Shown: positions 26,292 through 38,759 of the stretch, piece by piece | Position numbering within the stretch: the first letter of the stretch is position 1 | How the letters are laid out: each line of letters starts with the position of its first letter | NCBI RefSeq assembly: GCF_006345805.1 | Contig: NW_021831825.1 | Location: forward strand, 1 to 64,000 | Length of the DNA stretch: 64,000 nt | DNA from: Octopus sinensis | Lineage: Eukaryota | Reading direction: 5' to 3' | The notes under the pieces: generated by a model | Database searches by the model: none | What the model saw: the letters and a program-made list of their open reading frames with translations, nothing else | Told to the model about the DNA's origin: nothing | Position numbers and translations under genes: made by a program

Positions 26292-26895
26292 GAGCGTTAG
26301 TATGTTTGGGTGTGATTATTTTGCATTAAAATTCCTGTAAATTTCTTACTTGTATATTAATTAACCGGAATGTGACACCTCCATCTCTCAGTCCTGTAAT
26401 TACTTACCAATAACCCACCACCACCACACCACCACCACAGTTACCACTACTACACCTCACCCCCCTAGCCCCCATGTTTCTTAATTACCGTTATTTACTC
26501 GGCATTCACCGAAATGTTTGTCAATATTGCTAATTATTAATAAGATTTTCTCAATATCATTTCTGAAAAATAAAACCAATGGGATTAATTTCGAGGAAAT
26601 ATATCTGTCTGTCTGTCTGTTTATTTACGTCCCTCTCTTTCTACCTGTCTACCTATCCGCCCACCTCTCTGACCCCACCTCTCTCTCTCTAGCAATCTAT
26701 CTATCTGCCTATTTGTATTTATGTATACATATACATACGCATATATGTGAGTGTGTGTGCGTATGTATAGATATGTATATATATATGTGTATGTAAGTAT
26801 GTATGTATATACATATACATACATATATATATATATATATTATGTATGTATATACATATACATATATATATATGTATATATATACATATACATAC

Positions 26896-26930
<35 letters not shown>

Positions 26931-27081
26931 CATGTATGTATATACATACATTATATATATATCTATATATATATATATGTCTTTATCAATCTATATATGA
27001 ATATACATGCATACATAAATGTAATACATACGAATACACTTATATATGTATATATAAACATACACATAGATATATATGGTG

Positions 27082-27128
<47 letters not shown>

Positions 27129-27960
27129 TATCTATGTGTATGTTTATATATACATATATAAGTGTATTCGTATGTATTACATTTATGTATGCATGTATAT
27201 TCATATATAGATTGATAAAGACATAGATACAGACACACATACGTATATGTACACACACACATATATATGTGTACATACAATATATACAATATACGTAAAT
27301 GTATATGTGTACACACACCCACATATATGACATATATGTATATGTATTTCTTTATGTATGCGCGTGTATATATATATATATATATACGCATGTATTTACA
27401 TGCATACGTACACAATTTCTTACAGGCGATGCCTCTCCCATACTAATTATACTCCGGACAAATTACGATAATTTCCCGAAGGTGTTAATTAAAAAGCATT
27501 TCTTGAACATAAACACCACCATCGTCCTCACCACTGCTACAACCACTGTCATACCACTACAGGCATCAGCATCACGGCCATGACCAGATCCCAGCGCCCT
27601 TAAATGGTTACTTAAATGGCTATTAGAAAGAGCAGCCAGATATTTTTCAAGTGACTTCCGACACTTTGAGAAAGAACGTATCAATGTAGAAAAGGGAGGA
27701 TGGTCAGTTTGGGATGGTCACTTCTGTATCTAAAACCGTGCAAAGAGTTTGGAGAGGGAACTAAGTAGCTGCAGCGCGGTTTTGTGGTTGAGAAGTTGGC
27801 CCCCCCCCAAACTTGTGGTTCGACTGCGCGCACACATGGATGGGCAAGTGTCTTCTACTATAAGGTGGGGCCGGCCAACGCTTTGTGATTGGATTTCATG
27901 AACGGAACCCGAAAGATGCCCATTGCGTATATATATACACACACACACATATATATATAT

Positions 27961-28352
27961 GGCTGTGTGGTAAGTAGCTTGTTTACCAACCACATGGTTC
28001 CGGGTTCAGTCCCACTTCGTGGCACCTTGGGCAAGTGTCTTCTACTATAGCCACGGGCCGACCTAAGCCTTGTGAGTGGATTTGGTAGACGGAAACTGAA
28101 AGAAGCCCGTCGTATATATGTATATATATATATATATGCGTGTGTGTGTTTGTGTGTCTGTGTTTGTCCCCCAAGCATTGCTTGACAACCGATGCTGGTG
28201 TGTTTATGTCCCCGTTACTTAGCGGTTCGGCAAAAGAGACCGATAGAATAAGTACTGGGCTTACAAAAGAATAAGTCCCGGGGTCGAGTTGCTCGATTAA
28301 AGGTGGTGCTCCAGCATGGCCGCAGTCAAATGACTGAAACAAGTAAAAGAGT
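27961..28352 (+). mobile_element. SINE-A copy, preceded by a decayed partial copy at ~27770-27930
   Basis: Head GGCTGTGTGGTAAGTAGCTTG through the AAGTAAAAGAG tail. Confidence 0.9.
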
Positions 28353-28538
28353 AAAATATATATATATATACACTATATAATTAGGGTTCAGCTACGTTTG
28401 CTTCACCACATACCGAAGTTTAGAAATAGCAGTCAAAAAATCTTAGCTATTCCTTCTACTTTAAAGGGAGTTCCCAGAAAAACCAAAGCACTTGAAAACA
28501 AACCACGCAGGCAAAAGGGAAAAAATGACGAAAATCAT

Positions 28539-28577
<39 letters not shown>

Positions 28578-28787
28578 AATACAATATGTGATAATTATTC
28601 GGTAGCCATGATAAAACTACGCGTTTCTGATGTCGGGGCGGAAACCCACGCCGGCATCTCTTCAGTTATCGGGCCATCGAATAATATCTACCGAATAATT
28701 GTCACATATTATATTTACAGATATAAATATCTCTTTACATAATATCGAGGTATCTTTCATTCTTTTGTTGTATTACAATTTCTATCA

Positions 28788-28895
<108 letters not shown>

Positions 28896-29196
28896 CATTA
28901 TATATATATATACATACATACATACATATACATACATATACATACATACATATCATACATAATATATTATACATACATATACATACATACATACATATAC
29001 ATACATACATACATACATAAATATATATATACATACATACATATATATATATACATACATACATACATAGATATATATACATACATGCATACATATATAT
29101 ATATACATACATACATACATATATATGCATACATACATACATATACATACATACATACATACATATATATATACATACATATATATATATATACAT

Positions 29197-29229
<33 letters not shown>

Positions 29230-29851
29230 CATAAAACCCATATGTATATATTATATATATATATATATTATATATATGTATGTTTTTGTTTGCATGTGAG
29301 TTTGTGTTTGGACGTACCCTTATCTTGGTATCACATGTTGTTTGTAAACGAACATCATTGTCATACAAGCGATGTCACTTGTTTCCCGTCTTTCAAGAGA
29401 AACATGTCTGACCATGAGGAAATATTAACCTTTCTTGGAAACCGGTGAGGGCTGGCAACAGTAAGTGCATCCCACCGTAGAATATTTGCAGCAACAAATG
29501 ATGGTGATGTGACTGTTGATTCTTGCAAATCTAGCTAAATGCTCCAGAATTCGACTAATTGTACATCTTCCCAAAACATCCAGAGGCTGATAGAATTCTT
29601 GGCACCCACCCCCGTCCAGTAACGTCTTCATCTTTCACACCAACTCACCAAAGCCCTTTAGTCTACATAAAATAATTGTAGGGACTTTATTTTGACTACT
29701 TGTTCAAAGAAGGTAGGGCAGCATCTGTGATCCCGACCCTCTTTTTGTCAGGGTCTTCCGGACTGGTGGAACGAAGGGAGGAATTTAACCCTTAAACTAC
29801 AACAGGGTGAATCACATTAAAGGCACTCTATGTGTTTGCCTGTGTGTGTGT

Positions 29852-29901
<50 letters not shown>

Positions 29902-30524
29902 CATGTGTGTGCGTGTGTCTGTGTGTGTGTGTGCGTATGCGTGTGTGCGTGCGCGCACTCTTGTGCGTGTTCGAGAGAGTGCGTTAATACTTTTTTCATT
30001 TGATATTCCTGTAAATTCATAACAAAATGCTGGGCCATGAATTACACCTCGCTTCTACAGATCTTTGTAGTACGCAGCAATATACCTAGAACTAGCAATT
30101 TCTCGCAGGGAGTATCAATGTTGTTACTCGATTCAAATACAACCCATACCTCATCAAAATTTACTTATAATCGCGTAAGCAGACGCCTCGCAAAACAAAT
30201 AAATAAATAAATAAATAAAGTCCTCTAACCGTTCTTCAAAGCAGAACTACACAACTTTTGGAGCCGAGAAACCTGGCTCCGAAACAATAGACTTAAATTT
30301 GCAGCAACCAGATCTAGTATCCTTCCTCCCCAGCATTATCTGAGAATATTAAATAGATCAAGTCACCATACCCAACAGCAGCAGAATACCACACACACAC
30401 TCAGAAGACAGAAATAATAGGAATTATATACAACATGTCCATAACTGGCAAAATACACGGATTACACCAAACCTATTAAAGCAAAAGTAATAATAAAGAA
30501 TAAATGATAAACTAAAACCAAATA

Positions 30525-32040
30525 TATTTCTTTACTACCCACAAGGGGCTAAACACAGAGGGGACAAACAAGGACAGACAAACGGATTAAGTCGATCATA
30601 TCGACCCCAGTGCGTAACTGGTACTTAATTTATCGATCCCGAAAGGATGAAAGGCAAAGTCGACCTCGGCGGAATTTGAACTCACAACGTAGCGGCAGAC
30701 GAAATACCTATTTCTTTGCTACCCACAAGGGGCTAAACACAGAGGGGACAAACAAGAACAGACACACGGATTGAGTCGATTACATCGACCCTAGTGCGTA
30801 ACTGGTATTTAATTTATCGACCCCGAAAGGATGAAAGGCAAAGTCGACATCGGCGGAATTTGAACTCAGAACGTAGCGGCAGACGAAATACCTATTTCTT
30901 TACTACCACAAGGGGCTAAACACAGAGGGGGCAAAACAAGGACAGACAAACGGATTATGTCGATTACATCGACCCCAGTGCGTAACTGGTACTTAATTTA
31001 TCGACCCCGAAAGGATGAAAGGCAAAGTCGACATCGGCGGAAATTGAACTCAGAACGTAGCGGCAGACGAAATACCTATTTCTTTACTACCTACAAGGGG
31101 CTAAACACAGAGGGGACAAACAAGGACAGACAAACGGATTAAGTCGATTACATCGACCCCAGTGCGTAACTGGTACTTAATTTATCGACCCCGAAAGGAT
31201 GAAAGGCAAAGTCGACATCGGCGGAATTTGAACTCAGAACGTAACGGCAGACGAAATACCTATTTCTTTACTACCCACAAGGGGCTAAACACAGAGGGGA
31301 CAAACAAGGACAGACAAACGGATTATGTCGATTACATCGACCCCAGTGCGTAACTGGTACTTAATTTATCGACCCCGAAAGGATGAAAGGCAAAGTCGAC
31401 ATCGGCGGAAATTGAACTCAGAACGTAGCGGCAGACGAAATACCTATTTCTTTACTACCCACAAGGGGCTAAACACAGAGGGGACAAACAAGGACAGACA
31501 AACGGATTATGTCGATTACATCGACCCCAGTGCGTAACTGGTACTTAATTTATCGACCCCGAAAGGATGAAAGGCAAAGTCGACATCGGCGGAAATTGAA
31601 CTCAGAACGTAGCGGCAGACGAAATACCTATTTCTTTACTACCCACAAGGGGCTAAACACAGAGGGGACAAACAAGGACAGACAAACGGATTAAGTCGAT
31701 TACATCGACACCAGTGCGTAACTGGTACTTAATTTATCGACCCCGAAAGGATGAAAGGCAAAGTCGACATCGGCGGAATTTGAACTCAGAACGTAACGGC
31801 AGACGAAATACCTATTTCTTTACTACCCACAAGGGGCTAAACACAGAGGGGACAAACAAGGACAGACAAACGGATTATGTCGATTACATCGACCCCAGTG
31901 CGTAACTGGTACTTAATTTATCGACACCGAAAGGATGAAAAGCAAAGTCGACATCGGCGGAATTTGAACTCAGAAGGTAACGGCAGACAAAATACGGCTA
32001 CGCATTTCGCCCGGCGTGCTAACGTTTCTGCCAGCCCGCC
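30525..32040 (-). repeat. Tandem array of 8 x 184-bp SINE-B body units with a single tRNA head
   Basis: Unit starts at 30525, 30709, 30893, 31077, 31261, 31445, 31629 and 31813; head only at ~31995-32040. Confidence 0.95.
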
Positions 32041-32689
32041 TGAGCATTCGCAACACTCAGAGCTAAAGAAATTAAAACGATTCGCAAAAACCCCGAAAAT
32101 ACTCAGATGTACTCAGAGGTATTCAGGGGTCAATTAAATATGATATAAATATTACATCTCAGTCAATTCGAGATATTCAAACTCAATTGGATATCTTTGT
32201 TCTAAAATACAGTCTCAAGGATTCTAAGATAATAGATATGTTTTCCTATGTTTTCGTTTTTTACTGTTGTTGTTGTTGTTGTTGTTGTTGTCGTGTGTGT
32301 GTGCGTGTGTGTGTGTGTGTGTGTGCGCGCGCGCGCATGACAATGTTTATACATTGGCACTGAAACAGATAAACAGAAGTTTTTCATTCTTAGAACTACC
32401 ATTGACTAATATTTCTACATTCTAGTAATAACAAATAGGACGACACGAAATGTTGATTTGGAAGGAAACAAACCAAATAGTTGAAATGAAAACATTGCAA
32501 TACTGGAATTATTTGCAGCATCCAGGCATCAATTACCGTCTTCTTGAAGCATGAAAATACTGGAATCATTTCTGCATATTGCACTTCCCTAAATTACACA
32601 ATCATGTAAAATACGCTACATTATATCACGAAACATTAGGCTACGCTAAATTACGCTACTCTGAAAACGTCAATGGCACCATCGCGTCC

Positions 32690-33090
32690 CCAACAAAGAG
32701 CTGCATACGCACATGCATCAGCCCTGCAGCCTCTGACCTCATAGCTATCCGCCGCTGGCGCTCCTACGGACATGCCCTCCACCTCTCGCCAGATAATCTT
32801 ACTAGGGCCTTACTCTCAATGCTGCGGCTGCGGACTGGAAGAGGCTCCGTGGCAGTCCTAGCAACAGACAGCTAGACGTGCTTAAGAATGATCCTCCAGA
32901 GACTCGACGTTATTTTGGAGTATGGCACGGGACCGCCAGAGGGGCTGGCACGGGATCACCAGTGATGAGGAACACTGGTGGATCTGGTCGATTCTACGCA
33001 CGATGACACTTCTGGGATCTCCAAGCTGAGATGATCCCATCCCCATCAAGCAAGACCATGAAGCAAGCAAGAAAGAAACAAGCAAGTTCA
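32690..33090 (+). mobile_element. RTE-type LINE 3' end remnant
   Basis: IRRWRSYGHAL...RALL and WKRLRGSP..R.LDVLKND..ARDRQR resemble the RTE thumb/C-terminus; ends in (CAAG)n. Confidence 0.6.
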
Positions 33091-33162
33091 CTGTATTACA
33101 TTACATTATGTTAAATTAAACTTCACTACCTCTTATTTCACACAATATTAAATTACATCTTA

Positions 33163-33570
33163 AAGCGGTGAGCTGGCAGAAACGTTAGCACGCCGGGCGA
33201 AATGCTTAGCGGTATTTCGTCTGTTTTTACGTTCTGAGTTCAAATTCCGCCGAGGTCGACTTTGCCTGTCATCTTTTCGGGGTCGATTAAATAAGTACCA
33301 GTTGTGCACTGGGGTCGATGTAATCGACTTAATCCCTTTGTCTATCCTTGTTTGTTCTCTCTCTGTTTAGCTCCTTGTGGGTAGTAAAGAAATATGTATT
33401 TCGTCTGTTTTTACTTTCTGAGTTCAAATTCCGCCGAGGTCGACTTTGCCATTCATCCTTTTGGGGTCGATAAGTTAAGTACCAGTTGCGCACTGGGGTC
33501 GATCTAATCGACTGAACCCTTCCCCAAAATTTCAGGCCTTGAGCCTAGAGTAGAAAAGAATATTAAATTA
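33163..33570 (+). mobile_element. SINE-B dimeric copy (head plus two bodies)
   Basis: Head GCGGTGAGCTGGCAGAAACG; body restarts at TATTTCGTCTG near 33395. Confidence 0.88.
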
Positions 33571-33918
33571 CGTCTCACTACATAGTATTAATTCACTCTA
33601 TACAATGCTATATCATTCTACAGTAGACTACTCTACACTATATTACATTACACAATACTATATTGTAACTTACTAAACAACTGTAGAGTCGAGCGTCCTA
33701 GTGGTTAGGGGTGTTGGCCGCCATATCGTGATTTCGATTCCTGGTTCAGGCAGTGTGTTGTATTGTGTTGTGTTCTTGAGCAAAACATTTCATTTTCACG
33801 TTGCTCTGCGATCACTTCAACATTTGACGTGTGGCACACTGTACACTTGGAAAGGCAATGTCGAGTTGAGGGAACAAGGGAGCTTATGGTAGAGCTCAAA
33901 CTTTTGATCTCTGTAAAC

Positions 33919-34163
33919 AAAACCACTATTAGGCAATTCAAACAGTGAAAAACATAAACAAAAGCATAAAAATAAATATAATTAATATAATATCAAAATA
34001 TATTCTTTTCTAGAGTGTACTGGAATATCCTTCAAAGATGAATTCCAAAATAGCGGTTCTATCTTACCTGTAAGTTCCATAACGAAATTGAGATATTACA
34101 CTCAATCCTAAATCTAAGTTTTCCCTGTAAGTTTGGATTTACTCCCCAATATTATTATTATTA

Positions 34164-34219
<56 letters not shown>

Positions 34220-34433
34220 GTTATATTGATAAATTACGTTTATTGAGTGTAATATCTCAATTTCGTATATTATGGAACTTACAGGTAAGATAGAACCGCT
34301 ATTTTGGAATTCATCTTTGAACGATATTCCAGTATCATCTAGAAAAGAATTTATTTTGATATTATATTAATTATATTTATTTTTATGTTTTTGTTTATGT
34401 TTTTCACTGTTTGATTTGCTTAATAGTGGTTTT
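33919..34433. repeat. ~185-bp inverted repeat around an (ATT)n-containing spacer
   Basis: 33919-34105 is the reverse complement of ~34243-34433 with few substitutions and one 4-bp indel. Confidence 0.9.
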
Positions 34434-34626
34434 ATCTCTAATTTAATATATATATATATGTATGTATGTATGTATGTATATGTATATATAAGAATTTTTT
34501 TGCGTAATAAGATAAAAAACCAAGGTTGTATAGGTACTAGAGCATTTATAGATAGAAGGTCTTACAGCTGTTTCTAGGATATTTATTAATTATATCCCTT
34601 CATCGGAGACGATGTGAGAGGAAAAA

Positions 34627-36113
34627 TTAAGTCATAGTTAGTTTAGATATGATACAAAATAGAGAGTGAAGTGGAGGAAAGAAAATAGATGCAAGATATG
34701 TATGGGTATTCAAGTTGTAAATCCGAACATATACTATCATCAAACATTGATTGTCCACAACAGTTGACTCATCCACTTGTATAGAAAAATCAGAACGCTG
34801 GAGGATATTAATGAGCTCATTTTTGACATCGTTGGCCATTTCATCGATGCGGCGAGAAATTGTCTTATTACTAAGTGGGATCTTCTTCATAATGTTCTCG
34901 GGGTTTTCGTGCGTAACGGTTGAGAAAACCTCTTCGATAACTGGGCAAAGTAATGTTTCTCCAGTCGTGTGAGATTCCCTAGACTTAGCAACAAGCAATG
35001 CAATCAACCCGTCATTCTCCTGTTTACTAGTTTTCATGGAGTAGCGTGTTGAATGTTTGTATTTGATTTCTGAAAGAGGAGCTCAGTTGCAAAAGGTATG
35101 ATAACGGCTTGTCCTTTCTGTCAGAATGCTTTGCATCTAAGTGATACTTCAAGCGTGAAGGTTTCATTGCTTCGTTGGTCAAATTTTGATGGCAAAGGAG
35201 GCATATTGGTAACTGACAGTTGTGAGGAGAGGGACTAAATCCAAACGATAAATAATCACTACTGTGCTGTCGACAAATTTTCTTGACTAGAGGCATCAGT
35301 AAAGTGAAAATATGAAAACGGATTTCTACAGATGGCATCAGAAAGGCAGTATGGTATTCCCAAAGAAAAGAAGAAGTCAATAGAGCAGAGTCAGATGACA
35401 CGTCTTTACTGGAGCAAATACGGGTCTAGTTCGTTTGGCTTCCAGTATTTCAAAAATTAGAGTTTATCGAAAAGTTTAAAATTTGGCACATTAATATACC
35501 TTTCTAAGTTAAATTGCTGGAGTTATTCAACTTCTTCCAAAAAAAGTGTTTTAAAAAAGTTATAAAGTTTTAAAGTTTGATCATTTTCACCCAGTCAAGA
35601 AACATGATTCCAAAGCTGTCATTTTGTGTGTGACTGCACATTTTGTCAATATCCTGAAAATTGCACTTGTGCTTTGATATGAACCTACAGAATTACGTAC
35701 GACATATAACCGCTCGTAATTTTTTATTTTTCGGAGTTTTCAGAAAATTTTTTGCGAATCTGAATTCTATACGCGGAACTTCATACGATTATACAAAAAA
35801 AATGAAAATTGTGGTGGAGGCCTATTTGGCTGCTATTTTTAGCACACAAGACAACCATCTCAAAGACTGCGACAAAAACAAGTCCGCTTTTTTAATACAA
35901 AGAGACGTCTCATGCGGGTAGTCAAATCGATAAAAGTGCATCCTTATTCTAGGCATGCCTAGATATCAGTAAATGCAGACTTAATTTCTAAAATATTCAT
36001 TGTCACCCACAAAATGTTCATATCGCCCACCATTTTCTAGAAATTCACCCATCGCCCACCTGTGAGTTGAAATTGACCACCGATGGGCGATATCGGCAAC
36101 TTTGGGAAGCTAT
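34627..36113 (-). mobile_element. hAT Charlie/Buster-type transposon 5' part (BED finger and first catalytic Asp), pseudogenised
   Basis: PICLLCHQNLTNEAMKPSRLKYHLDAKH; IPLSNKTISRRIDEMAND...FSIQVDEST; TIR-like CATAGCTTCCCAAAG with GGGCGAT subterminal repeats near 36113. Confidence 0.85.
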
Positions 36114-36415
36114 GCCCTAAAATATAGAGCAGTGTATACTAAAAATGGGGGATGCCGGTTTATGTGATTACCTTAGTTTTGCTGTCCTTAAAAGGTTTAG
36201 CTGTATGTAGTATCTTCAGATACCAAAACCTGTTGGCCCAAGACTTCTTAAGAAAATGGAGGAGGAAATGCCCCACTACTCAAGGGTAACAGTCGGGGAT
36301 TATCTCCCTTTGCTCTCAGATATAGACTACCGGCTGTGTCGCCATCTTGTGGGCTTCAAAACGCTAGCAGGAACCTCCTGCTGTGTCCCCACTATTAACT
36401 ATGCCTCCAATATTA

Positions 36416-36630
36416 GGCGCAGGAGTGGCTGTGTGGAGGCGCAGGAGTGGCTGTGTAAGTTGCTTGCTAACCAACCACATGGTCCCGGGTTCAGTCCCAC
36501 TGCGTGGCATCTTGGGTTATGTTATAGCCTTCTGTTATAGCCTCGGGCCGACCAAAGCCTTGTGAGTGGATTTGGTAGACGGAAACTGAAAGAAGCCTGT
36601 CGTATATATATATATAATATATAATATATG

Positions 36631-36669
<39 letters not shown>

Positions 36670-36881
36670 TTGCGCGTCTGTGTTTGACCCCTAGCATTGC
36701 TTGACAACCGATGCTGGTGTGTTTACGTCCCCGTCACTTAGCGGTTCGGCAAAAAAAGAGGCCGATAGAATAAGTACTGGGCTTACAAAGAATAAGTCCC
36801 GGGGTCGATTTGCTCGACTAAAGGCGGTGCTCCAGCATGGCCGCAGTCAAATGACTGAAACAAGTAAAAGAGTAAAAGAGA
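36416..36881 (+). mobile_element. SINE-A copy with duplicated 5' head
   Basis: GGCGCAGGAGTGGCTGTGT occurs twice in tandem, followed by the full body. Confidence 0.92.
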
Positions 36882-37057
36882 GTATTAAGATCATCCTAGT
36901 TAGCGCCCCTAGGACACGGGAAGAGGCAGAATGTTCATGCAGGGACCGCAACAGATGCCCGGTGGGAATCCACTGCGAAACCAAATGGGTCGTCTATGAA
37001 GCCAAAGTACTAGCAAAGCCTGGGAATACTACCGTTAGAAGCAGCAGTAGCCGTACA

Positions 37058-37325
37058 GGGGTGGTGGTGACCCCTGTTGTACTCTTTCGCACCGGCTTTC
37101 TCTCACTCTTTCTTCCTGTTTCCTGTCCCCGACTTCCTACGCAACCACTGAGCCTGGATGCGCATTCATCCATCCGTCGATGCTCTCGGTGTCGGGTGGT
37201 TGACCTGCTTTCTCTTCTGCGGGTCTTACAAATAGCAAAGGACCGCGTTTCGGACTTCTCCCACTACAGACAATCCTGAGGCGCGATCTTGCGAGCCCTG
37301 GGACGAAGACCGCTTCGCTCAACAG
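37058..37325 (+). mobile_element. 5'-truncated SINE-C variant with alternative tail
   Basis: Matches 37755-38030; ends in CAA/CAG repeats. Confidence 0.8.
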
Positions 37326-37626
37326 CAACAGCAGCAGCCGTAGATACGAGAATAGAACCAGCAACATCGTCGCCATCGCCACAGTTAACAACAGCAACAA
37401 CAATAACAATAACAGCATCAGTGAGAGTATTGGCAGTTCCCCCGACGCCATCGACAGCAACAACAGTAAGTGCAACATCGCCATAGGCAGCAGCATTGCC
37501 AACGTCTTCCCTAACGTCCACAGTAGCAGACCTGACAAATCCCGTTTAGCAGCAGCAATAGGTCCGGTGCCACCGCCAGCAATATCAGCAATGATAACAA
37601 TAATGGCAACAGCAGCAGCAGCAGCA

Positions 37627-38030
37627 GTGGAAGCGCAATGGCCCAGTGGTTAGGGCAGCGGACTAGCAGTCGGAGGATCGTGGTTTCGATTCCCAGACCG
37701 CACGTTGTGTGTGTTTATTGAGCGAAAACACCTAAAGTTCCACGAGGCTCCGGCAGGGGGTGGTGGCGACCCCTGTTGTACTCTTTCGCTCCAACTTTCT
37801 CTCACTCTTTCTTCCTGTTTCCTGTCCCCGACTTCCTACGCAACCACTGAGCCTGGATGCGCAACCATCCGTCCGTCGATGCTCTCGGTGTCGGGGGTTG
37901 ACCTGCTTTCTCTTCTGCGGGTCTTACGAATAGCAAAGGACCATGTTTCAGACTTCTCCCACTACAGACAATCCTGAGGCGCGATCTTGCGAGCTCTGGG
38001 ACGAAGACCGCTTCGCTCAACAAACAAATA
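37627..38030 (+). mobile_element. SINE-C variant: SINE-C head and core with a different ~200-bp 3' tail
   Basis: Matches SINE-C up to CTTCCTGTTTC, then diverges completely from the RTE-like tail of 8062-8452. Confidence 0.8.
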
Positions 38031-38759
38031 AAGCAGCAGCAGCAACGATAGTGGCTCTACCAAAAGCATCAGCGAAACCACAGCTAATGACACCTCTAGC
38101 AGCAATGGCAACTCTCCTAATAACGACGAGGACCACAATAACAACAACAACAACACCTTCACCATATCCGGTAGTAGTGATACCATTACCGACGCCACCA
38201 CCACCACCACCATCATCACATCCAGCGACGCCAACAGCAGCAGTCCCAGCTCCAATAACAACGATGTCAGCGGAAGCAAAATCAACATCAGCAGATACAG
38301 ATGCGGCGCCGACAACACAAGCCCATTGGCTTTCCGGAAACTCTTTGAAGCAACGTCTCTCCATCTCAGGTCCTCCTTCAGAGTTCCGTGATATCACTGG
38401 CCAGCCACATCTGGCAACTAAGAGACGATGAGATTCCATACTCGATCTCATAGAAAATCCTCGAGAATCCAGGCCCCCTACATCAACGAGACAAAGCGTT
38501 GCAAGTTATGCATAGCTGAACAGGCGAAAATCCTAAAGGACCCACTCGAACTAGGGGAATGCTTAACTCCAGAACGGAGATTTTCGGGCCATATTTACAT
38601 TTCAGGAGGATCCTGCTGGCTTCTTGGAGTCCACAAGATGGCGACACAGTTGGAAGTCTATACCCGACAGCAAAGAGAGATAATCCCCAATAGTTAGCTT
38701 TGAGTAGCGAGGCATTTCATCCTCCATATTTTTAAGAAGTCTTGGGCCAACAGGTTTTA

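Larger units (their letters stand above)
36225..38758 (+). mobile_element. Penelope-like element 3' part (GIY-YIG endonuclease remnant) bounded by 156-bp inverted repeats and interrupted by SINEs
   Basis: CSCRDRNRCPVGIHCETKWVVYEAKV (36932-37009) and IGLSGNSLKQR...HIWQLR..EIPYSIS.KILE..PYINETKRCKLCIAE (38325-38525); 36225-36380 is the reverse complement of 38603-38758. Confidence 0.75.

Noticed and set aside
30525-32040. CRISPR-like or protein-coding tandem array (repeated MSITSTP/MRNWY ORFs)
   Set aside because: Units are contiguous SINE bodies with no unique spacers; the ORFs are antisense SINE read-through; no cas genes and the context is eukaryotic.
37627-37700. tRNA gene
   Set aside because: A and B boxes are present, but the sequence continues into a SINE body shared with 8062-8452 and 25492-25877 and lacks a good acceptor stem. 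The same applies to all SINE-A and SINE-B heads.
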